Positions 42,131 through 51,973 of a DNA stretch of 64,000 bases are shown piece after piece. A model generated the notes under the pieces. The model had not been told where the DNA came from. It searched no databases and saw only the letters and a program-made list of their open reading frames with translations. Both the position numbers and the translations under genes were made by a program. Position 1 is the first letter of the stretch, and each line of letters begins with the position of its first letter. The DNA lies in NCBI GenBank assembly GCA_963816355.1, contig CAWFKH010000003.1, forward strand, positions 928,001 to 992,000. Reading direction: 5' to 3'. Origin of the DNA: an uncultured Gemmatimonadales bacterium. Its GTDB lineage: Bacteria; Gemmatimonadota; Gemmatimonadetes; Longimicrobiales; RSA9.

Positions 42131-42267
42131 GACCTGTAGCTCGAGGTGGATTACGACGCCGGGACGAGATGACGGAATTTTTTAAGTTACTCGCTCGGCA
42201 CGACTTCGGCCAGAGCGTCGCGAATTCGTCGCGATTCGCTCACAATTCGTCCCCAAAGGAGGGGCCC

Positions 42268-42777
42268 ATGTCGGATCACCGTACGCTCTTCGAAGAGGCG
42301 CTCGGCGGCTGGAAGGTCTGCCGCGACCTGACCATCGCCGAACTGGAGAACATCCCCGGCGATCGCCTCGATTATCGACCCGCGCCGGAGAGCCGTACGC
42401 TCGCCGAGCTGGTCCTCCACATCGCCGACTCCGGCCGCGCCTTCGCGGGCGAGGTGTCGCGCGCGAACGGCGACTTCACGCGGGTACCGCCGCCCGTGCT
42501 GTACGCCGAGTACGCCACCGGCGCCGCGCCCGACGCCGGCAGGGAAGCGCTCGTCGCGCTGCTCCGCGACAGCGGCGCCGAGAACGAGCGGCTGCTGCGC
42601 GCGGCCGGCGCGGACCACATGCTGGGCACGATGACCGGCATATTCGGGCAGAGCGTGACCCGCTTCGCGATGCTCCATTTCGCGATCGAGCACGAGTCGT
42701 ATCACCGGGGTCAGATCGCGGTCTACGCGCGGGAGCTGGGACGGGTGCCGGCGTTGACGCAGATGCTGGGGGGGTGA
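42268..42777 (+). CDS. DinB-family protein
   Basis: YRP...RTLAELVLHIA, HESYHRGQ..Y.R; AAGGAGG RBS. Confidence 0.9.
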   Translation: MSDHRTLFEEALGGWKVCRDLTIAELENIPGDRLDYRPAPESRTLAELVLHIADSGRAFAGEVSRANGDFTRVPPPVLYAEYATGAAPDAGREALVALLRDSGAENERLLRAAGADHMLGTMTGIFGQSVTRFAMLHFAIEHESYHRGQIAVYARELGRVPALTQMLGG

Positions 42778-42783
42778 GGTGTG

Positions 42784-42931
42784 GGACTGCGGGATTGGAC
42801 TGCGGGATTTAACTGGGAACTGCGGGATTTAACTGCGGGATTTAACTGCGGGATTGGACTGCGGGATTTAACTGCGGGATTTAACTGCGGGATTGGACTG
42901 CGGGATTGGACTGCGGGATTTAACTGCGGGA
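42784..42931. repeat. 13-bp minisatellite ACTGCGGGATT(TA/GG), 10 full and 2 partial units
   Basis: Counted directly; lies between convergent DinB and SDR genes. Confidence 0.95.
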
Positions 42932-42961
42932 AGGGTGGGCGGGTCGGTGGGGATTGGGGGG

Positions 42962-43723
42962 TCAGCGGGCCAGGTAGCCGCCGTCGACTTCGTAGCACGC
43001 GCCGGTGACGAACGAGGCGCGGTCGGAGCTCAGGAAGGCGACGACTTCGGCCACCTCGTCGGGCTCGCCGAGGCGGCCGACGGGGTGCAGGGAGACGAGC
43101 ATGTCGTGCGTGGCGGGGTCCGCGTCGAGGCCGGCGATCATCGGGGTGCGGATGAAGCCGGGCGCCACGACGTTGACGCGGATCCCCTTCGCGCCGTACT
43201 CGATCGCGGCGTCCTCCGTCAGGCCGACCACGCCGTGCTTCGCCGCCACGTAGGCGGGCGCGGTGGGGAAGGCGACCTTGCCGAGGATCGAGCCGACGTT
43301 GACGATCGAGCCGCCGCCGCCCTCCAGCATCGCGGCGATCTCGTACTTCATGCAGAAGAACACGCCCGACAGGTTCACGCCGATCACCTTCTGCCACGCG
43401 TCGAGCGTGTACTCCGCCGTCGGGTTCTGCTCGCCGCCGATCCCCGCGTTGTTGCACGCGATGTCGAGCCGGCCGTACGCGTCCACCGCCGAGCGCACGA
43501 GCGCCTCGCACTCCTCCGCGCGCGACACGTCGGCCCGCGTGAACGTCGCCTCGCCGCCCGCCTCGCCGGCGCGCCGTACCGTCTCCTCGCCGCCTTCCAC
43601 GTCGACGTCCGAGACGACGACGCGCGCCCCGCGCGCCGCGTACAGCCGCGCCACCGCCCGCCCGATCCCGGACCCCGCCCCCGTCACGATCGCGACCTTG
43701 CCTTCCAGCTCACCTGCGGACAT
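42962..43723 (-). CDS. Classical SDR oxidoreductase
   Basis: [27 protein letters not shown]. Confidence 0.95.
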   Translation of the reverse strand: MSAGELEGKVAIVTGAGSGIGRAVARLYAARGARVVVSDVDVEGGEETVRRAGEAGGEATFTRADVSRAEECEALVRSAVDAYGRLDIACNNAGIGGEQNPTAEYTLDAWQKVIGVNLSGVFFCMKYEIAAMLEGGGGSIVNVGSILGKVAFPTAPAYVAAKHGVVGLTEDAAIEYGAKGIRVNVVAPGFIRTPMIAGLDADPATHDMLVSLHPVGRLGEPDEVAEVVAFLSSDRASFVTGACYEVDGGYLAR

Positions 43724-43794
43724 CAGCCCCTCCTCTCACTGAAGAACGGATCCCGCGGCGAAGCGATGCCGCGAGAAGCGCGTCCGCCGCTCGC

Positions 43795-45831
43795 TCACCC
43801 GCCGCTCCACGCGTTGTTTCCTCGCTGCGTGTCCGGGAGCGCCGAGCGCGGATCCACCACGGCCGCCGTCACCGGCACCTTTCCCGGCACGCGGTAGACG
43901 AAGCGGTCGCCCAGGTTCCAGGCGTCGACCGGCAGCCGCACCGTCCGCTTCGTGCCGTCCGCGAACGTCAGCCCGAGCTCGAGCGGCATCGCCATGCGGC
44001 CGCGGTTCGAGAGGTGGATGTCGGAGCCGCCGTCGGGGCGGCGCGTCACGGAGTCGACCGCCTGATCGAGCCGCGCCGTCTCGTAGATCCACTCCCGCCA
44101 GAACCAGTCCAGATCGACGCCGGACTCGTCACGCATGGTGCGGAAGAAGTCCGCCGGCGTGGGATGGCGGAACGCCCACGCGCGGATGTAGGCGCGGAAG
44201 GCACGGTCGAAGCGCGCGGGGCCGAGCACCTGCTCGCGCAGCATCTGCATCATCAGTGCCGGCTTGCGGTAGCCGGTCCAGAACAGGTCGCGCTGCTCCA
44301 CCGGCCGATCGATCAGCGGCTGCTCCTCGCCGGGAATCGCGTGCGACGCGTACAGGTGCAGCGGCGTGAGGGCGAGCGTATCGCCGTACGGCGTGCCGCG
44401 GAAGTAGGCCTGCGCGCCGCCGATGTCGATGTAGGTGTTGAAGCCCTCGTCCATCCACGGGTAGAGCCGCTCGTTCGAGCCGACGACCATCGGGAACCAC
44501 TCGTGTCCGAACTCGTGCATCAGCGTCCACTGCAGATCCTCCCGCGTGCCGCCCGCCGGCACGAACGTCAGCATCGGGTACTCCATCCCCTCGATCGGCC
44601 CCTCCACCGTCGTCGCGTGCGGGTACGGATAGCGGTACCAGCGCTCGCTGAAGTGCGCGATCGCCGCGCGCGCCATGCGGATCGCCTCCGTCCACCGCGT
44701 CGCCGACGGCCGGTACAGCGTCTCCACGCGGATGCCGTCGTAGCCGACCGCATCCCAGCGCAGGTTCGGGCCCGCGGCGAACGCGAAATCGCGCACGCTG
44801 TCCGCGGTGAAGCGCCACGTCAGCGTGCCGGACGTCGTCGGTCGCGACGTCGGCTTGCCCGCCTCCGCCGCGCTCACGATCGCCACCGGCTCCTCGCTGC
44901 TCGCCGCGCGCGCCAGCCGGCTGCGCTGCTCCGCCGTCAGCACCGCCTCCGGGTTCTTCAGCCGCCCCGTCGCCGCCACGAGGTAGCTCGCCGGCACCGT
45001 CAGCGCGACGTCGAAGCGGCCGTACTCGAGGTAGAACTCGCCCGCGCCAATGTACGGCTCCGGGTTCCAGCCGCGCACGTCGTCGTACACCGCGAGCCGC
45101 GGATACCACTGCGCGATCTCGTAGAGCGGACCGTCGTGGCCCATGCGTCCCGCGCCGTACGCCGGCACGTCGAAGTGCCATGCGACGTCGATGTCGGCCG
45201 CCTCACCGGGCGCGAGCGCGCGCGGCAGCTCGACGCGCATCGTCGTCCCGCTCACCTCGTGATCGAGGTCCACGCCGCCGGCCCGGATCGACTCCAGCAC
45301 GTCGCCGCCACGGAATCCCTCGCACGAGAAGTCGAAGCTCACGTCCTGGAAGACGAGCGGCGGCTGGTTGAGCTGGTTCGTCACGCTCTCCGGCGCGCAG
45401 ATGTTCTGCTCCAGGAACATCCATACGTAGCGCAGCGTGTCCGGCGAGCGGTTGACGTAGTGGATCGTCTCCCGCCCGCTTACGCGGTTCGCCGCCGGGT
45501 CCAGCGTCGCGTCGATCCGATAGTCGACCTCCTGCTGCCAGTAGCCCGGCCCCGGCCGGCCCGAGCCGCTCCGGTACGCGTTCGGCGCCGGCAGGTCGAG
45601 CGGCCGGAACAGCGACGTGTCGGCGACGGAGCCGGAGACCGCGGCGGCGGGTGCCGCGATCGCGGGGGCGGAGGTCGCGGGGCGTGCCTGCGCCGCCAGC
45701 GGCCCGGCGAGGGCGAGAATCGCGGCCGCGGCGGCAAGCCGAGCGAGCGCCCGAGCGTGCGCGGCGACGCGCGGGAACGCGGGGGTCGCGAGGGAGGGAA
45801 GGGAGGCGGTCGCCATCCGGGGCGGCTTCAT
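43795..45831 (-). CDS. M1-family zinc aminopeptidase, secreted
   Basis: YRSGSGRPGPGYWQQ, GMEYP, HEFGH...WMDEG. Confidence 0.92.
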   Translation of the reverse strand: MKPPRMATASLPSLATPAFPRVAAHARALARLAAAAAILALAGPLAAQARPATSAPAIAAPAAAVSGSVADTSLFRPLDLPAPNAYRSGSGRPGPGYWQQEVDYRIDATLDPAANRVSGRETIHYVNRSPDTLRYVWMFLEQNICAPESVTNQLNQPPLVFQDVSFDFSCEGFRGGDVLESIRAGGVDLDHEVSGTTMRVELPRALAPGEAADIDVAWHFDVPAYGAGRMGHDGPLYEIAQWYPRLAVYDDVRGWNPEPYIGAGEFYLEYGRFDVALTVPASYLVAATGRLKNPEAVLTAEQRSRLARAASSEEPVAIVSAAEAGKPTSRPTTSGTLTWRFTADSVRDFAFAAGPNLRWDAVGYDGIRVETLYRPSATRWTEAIRMARAAIAHFSERWYRYPYPHATTVEGPIEGMEYPMLTFVPAGGTREDLQWTLMHEFGHEWFPMVVGSNERLYPWMDEGFNTYIDIGGAQAYFRGTPYGDTLALTPLHLYASHAIPGEEQPLIDRPVEQRDLFWTGYRKPALMMQMLREQVLGPARFDRAFRAYIRAWAFRHPTPADFFRTMRDESGVDLDWFWREWIYETARLDQAVDSVTRRPDGGSDIHLSNRGRMAMPLELGLTFADGTKRTVRLPVDAWNLGDRFVYRVPGKVPVTAAVVDPRSALPDTQRGNNAWSGG

Positions 45832-46035
45832 CGCGGTCTCCGGCGGTGCGAGGGGAGCTCGGCTGCGGCGTCGTCCGAAGATGCGGGGGCGCGGAGGCGG
45901 CGGCAATCCACGTTCGTGAGGACGCGGAGGGGCTCGGCGGTTTCGCCGATCGTTACGCTTGCCGCGCCCTCCCACCGCGCCTAGCTTCGACCCCGGCCCA
46001 CCGTCCTTCCGCGTCCTCCACACCGACGAAGATCC

Positions 46036-47487
46036 ATGCAAACGATCCACGACGTGATCTCCGCGACCAGCGGCTTCGTGTGGGGCGCGCCGATGCTCAT
46101 CCTGCTGGTGGGGACGGGCATCTACCTCACGCTCCTGCTGAAGGGCCTGCAGTTCCGGCAGCTCCTGCCGTCGCTGTACTACGCGCTGATCAAGCGGAAG
46201 GAGGAAGGCGCCGAGGGCGACATCTCCCACTTCCAGGCGCTCATGACCGCGCTCGCGGCGACGGTCGGCGTCGGCAACATCGCGGGCGTCGCCACCGCCA
46301 TCGCCGCCGGCGGCCCGGGCGCCCTCTTCTGGATGTGGATGACCGGCCTCTTCGGCATGGCGACCAAGTTCTCCGAGGCCGTGCTGGGCGTGAAGTACCG
46401 CGAGGTCGACGCGCGCGGCAACATGGCGGGCGGCCCGATGTACTACCTGCGCGACGGCGTCGGCGGCTGGTTCGGCAAGACGCTCGGCTTCCTCTTCGCG
46501 CTCTTCGCCGCCTTCGCCACCTTCGGCATCGGCTCGATGGTGCAGTCGAATTCCGTCGCCGACGCGCTGCAGAGCGCCTTCGGCGTGCCGCCGCTGTGGA
46601 CCGCCGCCGTCATCGCGGCGCTCGCCGCGCTCGTGATCCTCGGCGGCATCCGCTCGATCGGCCGCGTCACCGGCTTCTTCGTGCCGATCATGATCGTCTT
46701 CTACATCGTCGGCGGGCTGATCGTCCTCGCCGTCAACTGGCGCGGCCTGCCCGCCATCGTCAGCGCGGTCTTCGGCGGCGCCTTCACGCCGACCGCGGCG
46801 ATCGGCGGCTTCGCCGGTGCCGGCGTGCGCGCCGGCATCCGCTGGGGCGTCGCGCGCGGCGTCTTCTCCAACGAGTCCGGCCTCGGCACCGGCGGCATCG
46901 CCGCCGCCGCCGCCCAGACCACGGAGCCGGTGCGCCAGGCGCTCGTCTCCATGACGCAGACCTTCATCGACACCATCGTCGTCTGCTCCATCACCGGCTT
47001 CGCCATCATCGCCACCGGCGCCTGGACCCGCGTCGACCCGATCACCGGCGCCGCCTTCACCGGCGCGCCGCTCACCGCACAGGCCTTCGAGACCGGCCTG
47101 CCCGGCACCTTCGGCGACGCCATCGTCGCCCTCGGCCTCGCCTTCTTCGCCTTCTCCACCATCCTCGGCTGGGGTTACTACGGCGAACGCGCCATCGAGT
47201 ACCTCCTCGGCGAGCGCGCCATCAAGCCGTACCGCGTCGTCTTCATCGCCAGCGCCTTCCTCGGCGCTGCCGTCCTCCAGCTCGCCGCCCAGCAGCGCCA
47301 GGGGTTCCAGCTCGTGTGGGACTTCTCCGACGTCATGAACGGCGCCATGGCGATCCCCAACCTGATCGGCCTCCTCATCCTCTCGCCCGTCATCCTCCGC
47401 GAGACACGCGGCTATTTCCAGCGCGATCGCGCCGCCGACGGCGGCCCCGGGGACAGGGTCCCGGCCGCGGCCGGCGACCCGGTTTGA
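46036..47487 (+). CDS. Alanine/glycine:cation symporter (AGCS)
   Basis: [48 protein letters not shown]. Confidence 0.95.
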   Translation: MQTIHDVISATSGFVWGAPMLILLVGTGIYLTLLLKGLQFRQLLPSLYYALIKRKEEGAEGDISHFQALMTALAATVGVGNIAGVATAIAAGGPGALFWMWMTGLFGMATKFSEAVLGVKYREVDARGNMAGGPMYYLRDGVGGWFGKTLGFLFALFAAFATFGIGSMVQSNSVADALQSAFGVPPLWTAAVIAALAALVILGGIRSIGRVTGFFVPIMIVFYIVGGLIVLAVNWRGLPAIVSAVFGGAFTPTAAIGGFAGAGVRAGIRWGVARGVFSNESGLGTGGIAAAAAQTTEPVRQALVSMTQTFIDTIVVCSITGFAIIATGAWTRVDPITGAAFTGAPLTAQAFETGLPGTFGDAIVALGLAFFAFSTILGWGYYGERAIEYLLGERAIKPYRVVFIASAFLGAAVLQLAAQQRQGFQLVWDFSDVMNGAMAIPNLIGLLILSPVILRETRGYFQRDRAADGGPGDRVPAAAGDPV

Positions 47488-47553
47488 GCTGACCTACGCA
47501 CTCCGGCGTCCATGCCGCCGCGCCCCGCCGGCAGGATTTGGATTTGAACGGTT

Positions 47554-47708
47554 CCGCGCGGCTACGTCGTCTGGAACCTCGCCCGCAACGGCGACCTCCT
47601 CGCCTCCTACCAGGACCCCGACACCGACGAGGACGTCGTGGCGCGCCTGCGCATGCGCGTGCGGTGAAGTGTCCGCGGCGCGATTTGGACGGTTCCGCAA
47701 CCCCATGC
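47554..47708 (+). repeat. Orphan copy of the last 114 bp of the propeller gene plus 41 bp downstream
   Basis: 47554-47667 is identical to 49349-49462; 47554-47708 matches 52847-53001 with 2 mismatches. Confidence 0.92.
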
Positions 47709-47739
47709 CGCAGCGGCGGTTACGGGGTGCCATAATCCT

Positions 47740-47761
47740 CAGATGATTTTCAGATGATTTT
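47740..47761. promoter_or_regulatory. Perfect 11-bp direct repeat CAGATGATTTT x2 just upstream of the regulator
   Basis: Read directly; follows a CATAAT -10-like hexamer. Confidence 0.45.
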
Positions 47762-47781
47762 TCCATCCCACCTTTGGCGGC

Positions 47782-48477
47782 ATGATCATCCTCGTGGGGA
47801 TCCGGCCGACGGCTCCGCGCCCCGGAGTGCGCCTGCTGTCGACGTTGCCGCCGCCGTCGGACCGTCGCTTCACCGGCGCCATCTTGGCGTGCCGAGGCCG
47901 CGACGGGCTGCGCCGCACCGTGCGGTGGGTTCGCGACGTGCGCGCGGAGCGCCGTCACCTGCCTCTCGGCATCGTCGCGGCGATCGAGGAGCCGGCGTTG
48001 CGCGACCTTCTCATGGAGGCTCTCAAGGTGGAACTGATCGAGCCCACTGAAGTGGCCGGTGGCGTGCCGCGAAAGCTCGTCGACGGGCTGATCGACCGCA
48101 CGGTCGTGCCGCGGATCCTGGAGCAGTGGGAGGACGCGCTCGGGCAGCCGCCCACGGAGCTTGCTCCCGTGCTCCTGACGATCGCCTCGGCGGGTGCGAG
48201 CGCCAGGTCGCTCCCGGCCGCGCTGCGCGAGTCCGGATGGTCGCGCTCGACCGCCTATCGGATGCTCGACCACGCCCGCATGCCGTCGCCGGGGGTGCTG
48301 TGGCGACACGCCCGCGTGGCGGCGGTCGACACCCGGGTCGCGAACGGCGAGGCACGCCACGACGCGCTTCGCGCCAGCGGCTGGTCGTCGCCAAAGGATT
48401 TCCAGCGCGCCCGCGCGCGCCTGGCCGCGTCCCCGCCCCCGTTCCTCCACTGCACTCATTCAGGCGCATCGGCATGA
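47782..48477 (+). CDS. Atypical AraC-like HTH regulator
   Basis: C-terminal GWSRSTAYRML...PSPG.LWRHARV...ASGWSSPKDFQRA resembles the two AraC HTHs. Confidence 0.6.
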   Translation: MIILVGIRPTAPRPGVRLLSTLPPPSDRRFTGAILACRGRDGLRRTVRWVRDVRAERRHLPLGIVAAIEEPALRDLLMEALKVELIEPTEVAGGVPRKLVDGLIDRTVVPRILEQWEDALGQPPTELAPVLLTIASAGASARSLPAALRESGWSRSTAYRMLDHARMPSPGVLWRHARVAAVDTRVANGEARHDALRASGWSSPKDFQRARARLAASPPPFLHCTHSGASA

Positions 48478-49462
48478 CTCTCGACCGTCCAAACGCTTCG
48501 CCCTCCTCCTCGCCCTCGCGGCCCCCGCGCACGCGCAGACCGTCCACGTCAATGAGCTGTGGAGGACGACGGGCCCGCACGACAACCAGTTCACCGCGGT
48601 CGGCGGCGTCGCGGAAGCTCCGGATGGCCGCATCTGGGTCTCCGACACCCCCGCGGGCCAGGTGCTCGCGATCGCCGCCGACGGCTCGAAGGGGAAGATC
48701 GTCCTTCGCACCGGCAGCGGTCCCGGCGAGGTGAAATTCCCCGACAGACTCGCGCCGACTCCGGAGGGCGGCGTCGCGGTCTTCGACTACGGCCGCGCCG
48801 GCGCCCTCCTCTTCGGACCGGACGGCGCGTTCGTGCGCCTCATCCGATTCCCCTTCCAGGCGGACAACATCAAAGGCTTCGCCGTCCTGGACGACGGCGA
48901 CCTCCTCGTCAGCGGCGGAGTAACCGGAAGGCCCACGGCGATCCATCGCTTCGATGCGAACGGCAAGCTCGTCGCCGAGTGGTTCCACGTGCCGAAGACC
49001 GAGGATCCCCGGACCGGCGTCTACATCGCCGGTGGCGCCCTCTCCGCGGCCAGCGGCCATACCTTCCTCTTCTCCCAGGCGGCGCCCCACCTCATCCTCC
49101 GCTACCACCCCGACGGCCGCGCCGACACACTCGCCGCCGATCCCTCGATCCTCGACCCGATCGGCGACGATTTCATCATCAGCAACGGGCCGCGCTGGAT
49201 CCGCTACCGCTGGAACTTCCCCCAGTCGCGCGGCGTCTTCGAGCTGGCGGACCATCGCATCCTGAACGTCATCACCATCCGCGAGGAGCACCGCTCCATC
49301 TGGCAGGTGTACTCGCCCGCGGGGAAGCTTCTCGCCCAGACGACGCTGCCGCGCGGCTACGTCGTCTGGAACCTCGCCCGCAACGGCGACCTCCTCGCCT
49401 CCTACCAGGACCCCGACACCGACGAGGACGTCGTGGCGCGCCTGCGCATGCGCGTGCGGTGA
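48474..49462 (+). CDS. Secreted six-bladed beta-propeller (NHL-like) protein, paralog 1; one base missing in the signal-peptide region
   Basis: GSGPGEVKFP, DGRIWVSD, FGPDGAFVR, VYSPAGKLL; ATG context matches paralog 2 but is 41 rather than 42 nt from CTCGCGGCCCCC. Confidence 0.75.
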
Positions 49463-49834
49463 CGGCGCGGCCGCTCCTGGCCTTCTTGGCGTTCGTCGCC
49501 ATCGCGAGGCCGCGGCGCCCGTGCGCGATCAAGGAGCAGAGCGGGGATCGAGCGATGTGCGGCCGCGCCTGCACGAACCGCGAGCCGTTCGCTCCTGCGT
49601 CCGTGGACGCGAAGTTCCGCAGCTCAAGGACCTCGAACTCCCTCATGACGACACGCCGCGCCGGCATACAGAGTGAGACGATTTGCCCCCGCCCGTGAAC
49701 AGAATTGGCGGTTGCGGCTCCCGGCCGGAGCTTGAACGTTAGAGGGTAGTCCGACCTGCCGCTGCCGCCGACCGTGACAGGCTCGTGGTCCAGCCGATGC
49801 GCCTGTGTGACCTCAACCAAAGGAGACGACAATC

Positions 49835-50084
49835 ATGCGCTACGTAATGCTCGCTGTGCTCCTTGCGTGTGCCACATCGATCGCAATACCTCGACCCCGT
49901 GGAGGCACAAAGCGGCTGTCCCTGGTGCACAACGCCAACAAAATGTGAGCTGATCGATCAAAGTGCTGCCGACTCCTGTCAGATCGACCAGACAGGCGAG
50001 TGTCAAAACGGCCATGGCTTCTGCATTCTGGTAATGAACGATGCCGCGAAGATGCTCGACGTGGACCCCGCGTCATTCAAATGA
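49835..50084 (+). CDS. Small secreted six-cysteine peptide (about 82 aa after removing one C from the 49895-49898 run)
   Basis: AAGGAG RBS; MRYVMLAVLLACATSIAIPRPVEA/QSGCPWCTTPTKCELIDQSAADSCQIDQTGECQNGHGFCILVMNDAAKMLDVDPASFK. Confidence 0.6.
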
Positions 50085-50085
50085 A

Positions 50086-51844
50086 TCTGCCATATTCACC
50101 ACGCGTAGCTTGAGGGGTCTGAGGGCGTGATTTCGAGTTTGGAGCGCCGCGGACGTGGCGGCGAGGCTGATTTCGGGGACAGGCCCCCTTTCCCCCGGGC
50201 GCGCCGCCGACGGCTCGTTGCTCCTCAGCTCCCCGCCCAAGGGTGCTACGCCGGCGTGGGCAGGGCCAGGGTGGCGGGGGAGCCGCGTGCCGGGTGACGT
50301 CGGTTCAGCTCTCGCCAGAATCGCTGCCACACGTGCGCGCGGGCGGCTTCGATGACGAGCGTGATGCGCCGGCCATGAAGGAGCACGCGGCCGGCCGCCT
50401 TGAGCACCAGCTGGCGGAAGCGCTGCCGGGTCATGACATGGCGTTCGTCCGCAGAGGCGAGCTCGGCGCCGGCGCGCAGCAGATTGGCCGCGACGAGGCT
50501 CAGCAGCAGGCGCGCCTCGTTGGCGCCGAAGCTGTCGGTCTGCGGCTCGGGGGTGGCGATGGTCCGCCCGCGGTAGTGCTGCTTGGGCCGCGGCGCGGAC
50601 GAGAGCGCCAGCGCCAGCGTGCTCTTCCAGTCGCCGAAGTCGCGCTCGGCTTCGCCCCGCGCCCGGTAGCGCTCCAGCAGCGCCGGGCCATCCACCTCCT
50701 GGGCACTCGCGTTGGTGAGCAGGAAGAAATGATCGAGGAAGAGCTCCCCCTGCTCGTCGGAGCGCTCCAGCACCACCAGCACCACCCGGCGCGAGCGGTC
50801 CCAGCGCGCCGCGCTGTAGACCAGCTCGTGCGTCCAGACCCGACCCTCGGCCGGCGGGTGTCCAGGCGGCCGCCTCAGGTACGGCGCCGCGAGCTTCCCC
50901 AGGCGGGCGTTGCCGCGCAGGCGCGCCACGTAGCGCACGCCCTCATCTTCCAGCGTCGCGAGCAGCTCATTCTCCGGGAACCCCGCGTCCATGCGCAGCC
51001 ATACCCGCTCCGCCTGCGTCCTGGCCCAGAGCACGGCCGGGATCACGAACGCCAGCGCCCCGTGCGCCGTGTGCGCGTTCCCCTCCCGCAGCTCGGCCGC
51101 CAGAAAGTCCCCCAGTTCCCAACGCAGCACCAACGGATGGTAGCAGCGATAACCGTAGTGCCCGTTCCAGGCGCTCCCCGGCTGTAGCCCGTGCACCTCC
51201 ACCGGCAGGGAGTCCAGATCCAGCGTGACTTCTGCCAGGCGCGGAGCGTGGCGGCCCCGCCGCCGCTCTGCCCCCGCCCGCAGCAGCGCGGACAGCCCCC
51301 GCCGGTTGCGCAGGCCGGCCAGCATTGCGAGCAGCCGCGAGAAGGTCGGCTGCGAGGCCAGCCCCGAGGCCGCCCCCGCAGCCCCGCCCCGCACCGGCGC
51401 CGTCCCCCGCCGCCGCGACACCGCCAGGCGCAGCGCCGGATCGGCGCGTAGCAGGTCCGCATCCCGCTGGTCCGTCCAGCCCTGCGCCAAGAGGAGCACC
51501 TGCGTGAGCACCAGCTCGAGGAAGTCGTGCCTGACGCGCCCCGCGTTCCGCAGATCCTGCAGGTGCCGCCGCACGAGTGCGGGGAAGCCCAGCCGCCCCA
51601 GCAGCGAGCGCAGCAGCACCGCGCCCGCGTCCGAGGTCAGCCGCTCCGGCCGCGCCTCCACCCGCACCGAACGGTTGAAATCCAGCCGGAAAAGCGTACC
51701 TTGTTCTTCACCCATGGCGTGTTCTTCGTCGGAGCAGGTAACAATGCTGTCTCGCAACCGCATCTTACTGCCACTTCGAAGGATGCGCCATGTGGCTTCC
51801 CGGCCACACTATCCCTCCGCTACCTCACTCGTGAATACGGCAGG
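50086..51844 (-). mobile_element. IS1380-family insertion sequence
   Basis: Terminal inverted repeats CTGCCATATTCAC (50087) and GTGAATACGGCAG (51831-51843), 12/13 match, enclosing a single transposase. Confidence 0.88.
50246..51715 (-). CDS. IS1380-family DDE transposase
   Basis: LTSDAG, LASQPTFSRL, LDLDS..HG.Q.G..WNGHY..CYHPL, RMDAGF, YRARG.AE. Confidence 0.93.
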   Translation of the reverse strand: MGEEQGTLFRLDFNRSVRVEARPERLTSDAGAVLLRSLLGRLGFPALVRRHLQDLRNAGRVRHDFLELVLTQVLLLAQGWTDQRDADLLRADPALRLAVSRRRGTAPVRGGAAGAASGLASQPTFSRLLAMLAGLRNRRGLSALLRAGAERRRGRHAPRLAEVTLDLDSLPVEVHGLQPGSAWNGHYGYRCYHPLVLRWELGDFLAAELREGNAHTAHGALAFVIPAVLWARTQAERVWLRMDAGFPENELLATLEDEGVRYVARLRGNARLGKLAAPYLRRPPGHPPAEGRVWTHELVYSAARWDRSRRVVLVVLERSDEQGELFLDHFFLLTNASAQEVDGPALLERYRARGEAERDFGDWKSTLALALSSAPRPKQHYRGRTIATPEPQTDSFGANEARLLLSLVAANLLRAGAELASADERHVMTRQRFRQLVLKAAGRVLLHGRRITLVIEAARAHVWQRFWRELNRRHPARGSPATLALPTPA

Positions 51845-51973
51845 ATAACAACGGTGAACTCCTAGTGATGCCCAATATATCATCAGACGAGTGGCATAGG
51901 ATAAAATGGGTTGTTGCCGTCTAGCGCGGCTCAATAAGCACGTCTTCATCTGACCTCCTCCGGGCGCATCGGT

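Noticed and set aside
37382..42139. 1585-aa plus-strand ORF
   Set aside because: Shadow frame over three well-supported genes; typical of high-GC DNA.
42784..42931. CRISPR array (also considered for 28544-28606 and 62588-62671)
   Set aside because: Units are contiguous with no unique spacers; no cas genes.
47554..47667. DGR template repeat for the propeller 3' ends
   Set aside because: Identical to paralog 1 and differs from paralog 2 only by two synonymous changes; no adenine-specific variation and no reverse transcriptase in the window.
48194..48473. Long N-terminal extension of propeller 1 from the ORF track
   Set aside because: Overlaps the regulator; paralog comparison places the true start at 48474 with a one-base loss.
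49835..50084. Classical RiPP (ranthipeptide/lanthipeptide) precursor
   Set aside because: The leader looks like a Sec signal and no radical SAM, Lan or YcaO enzyme is nearby; disulfides are the simpler reading.
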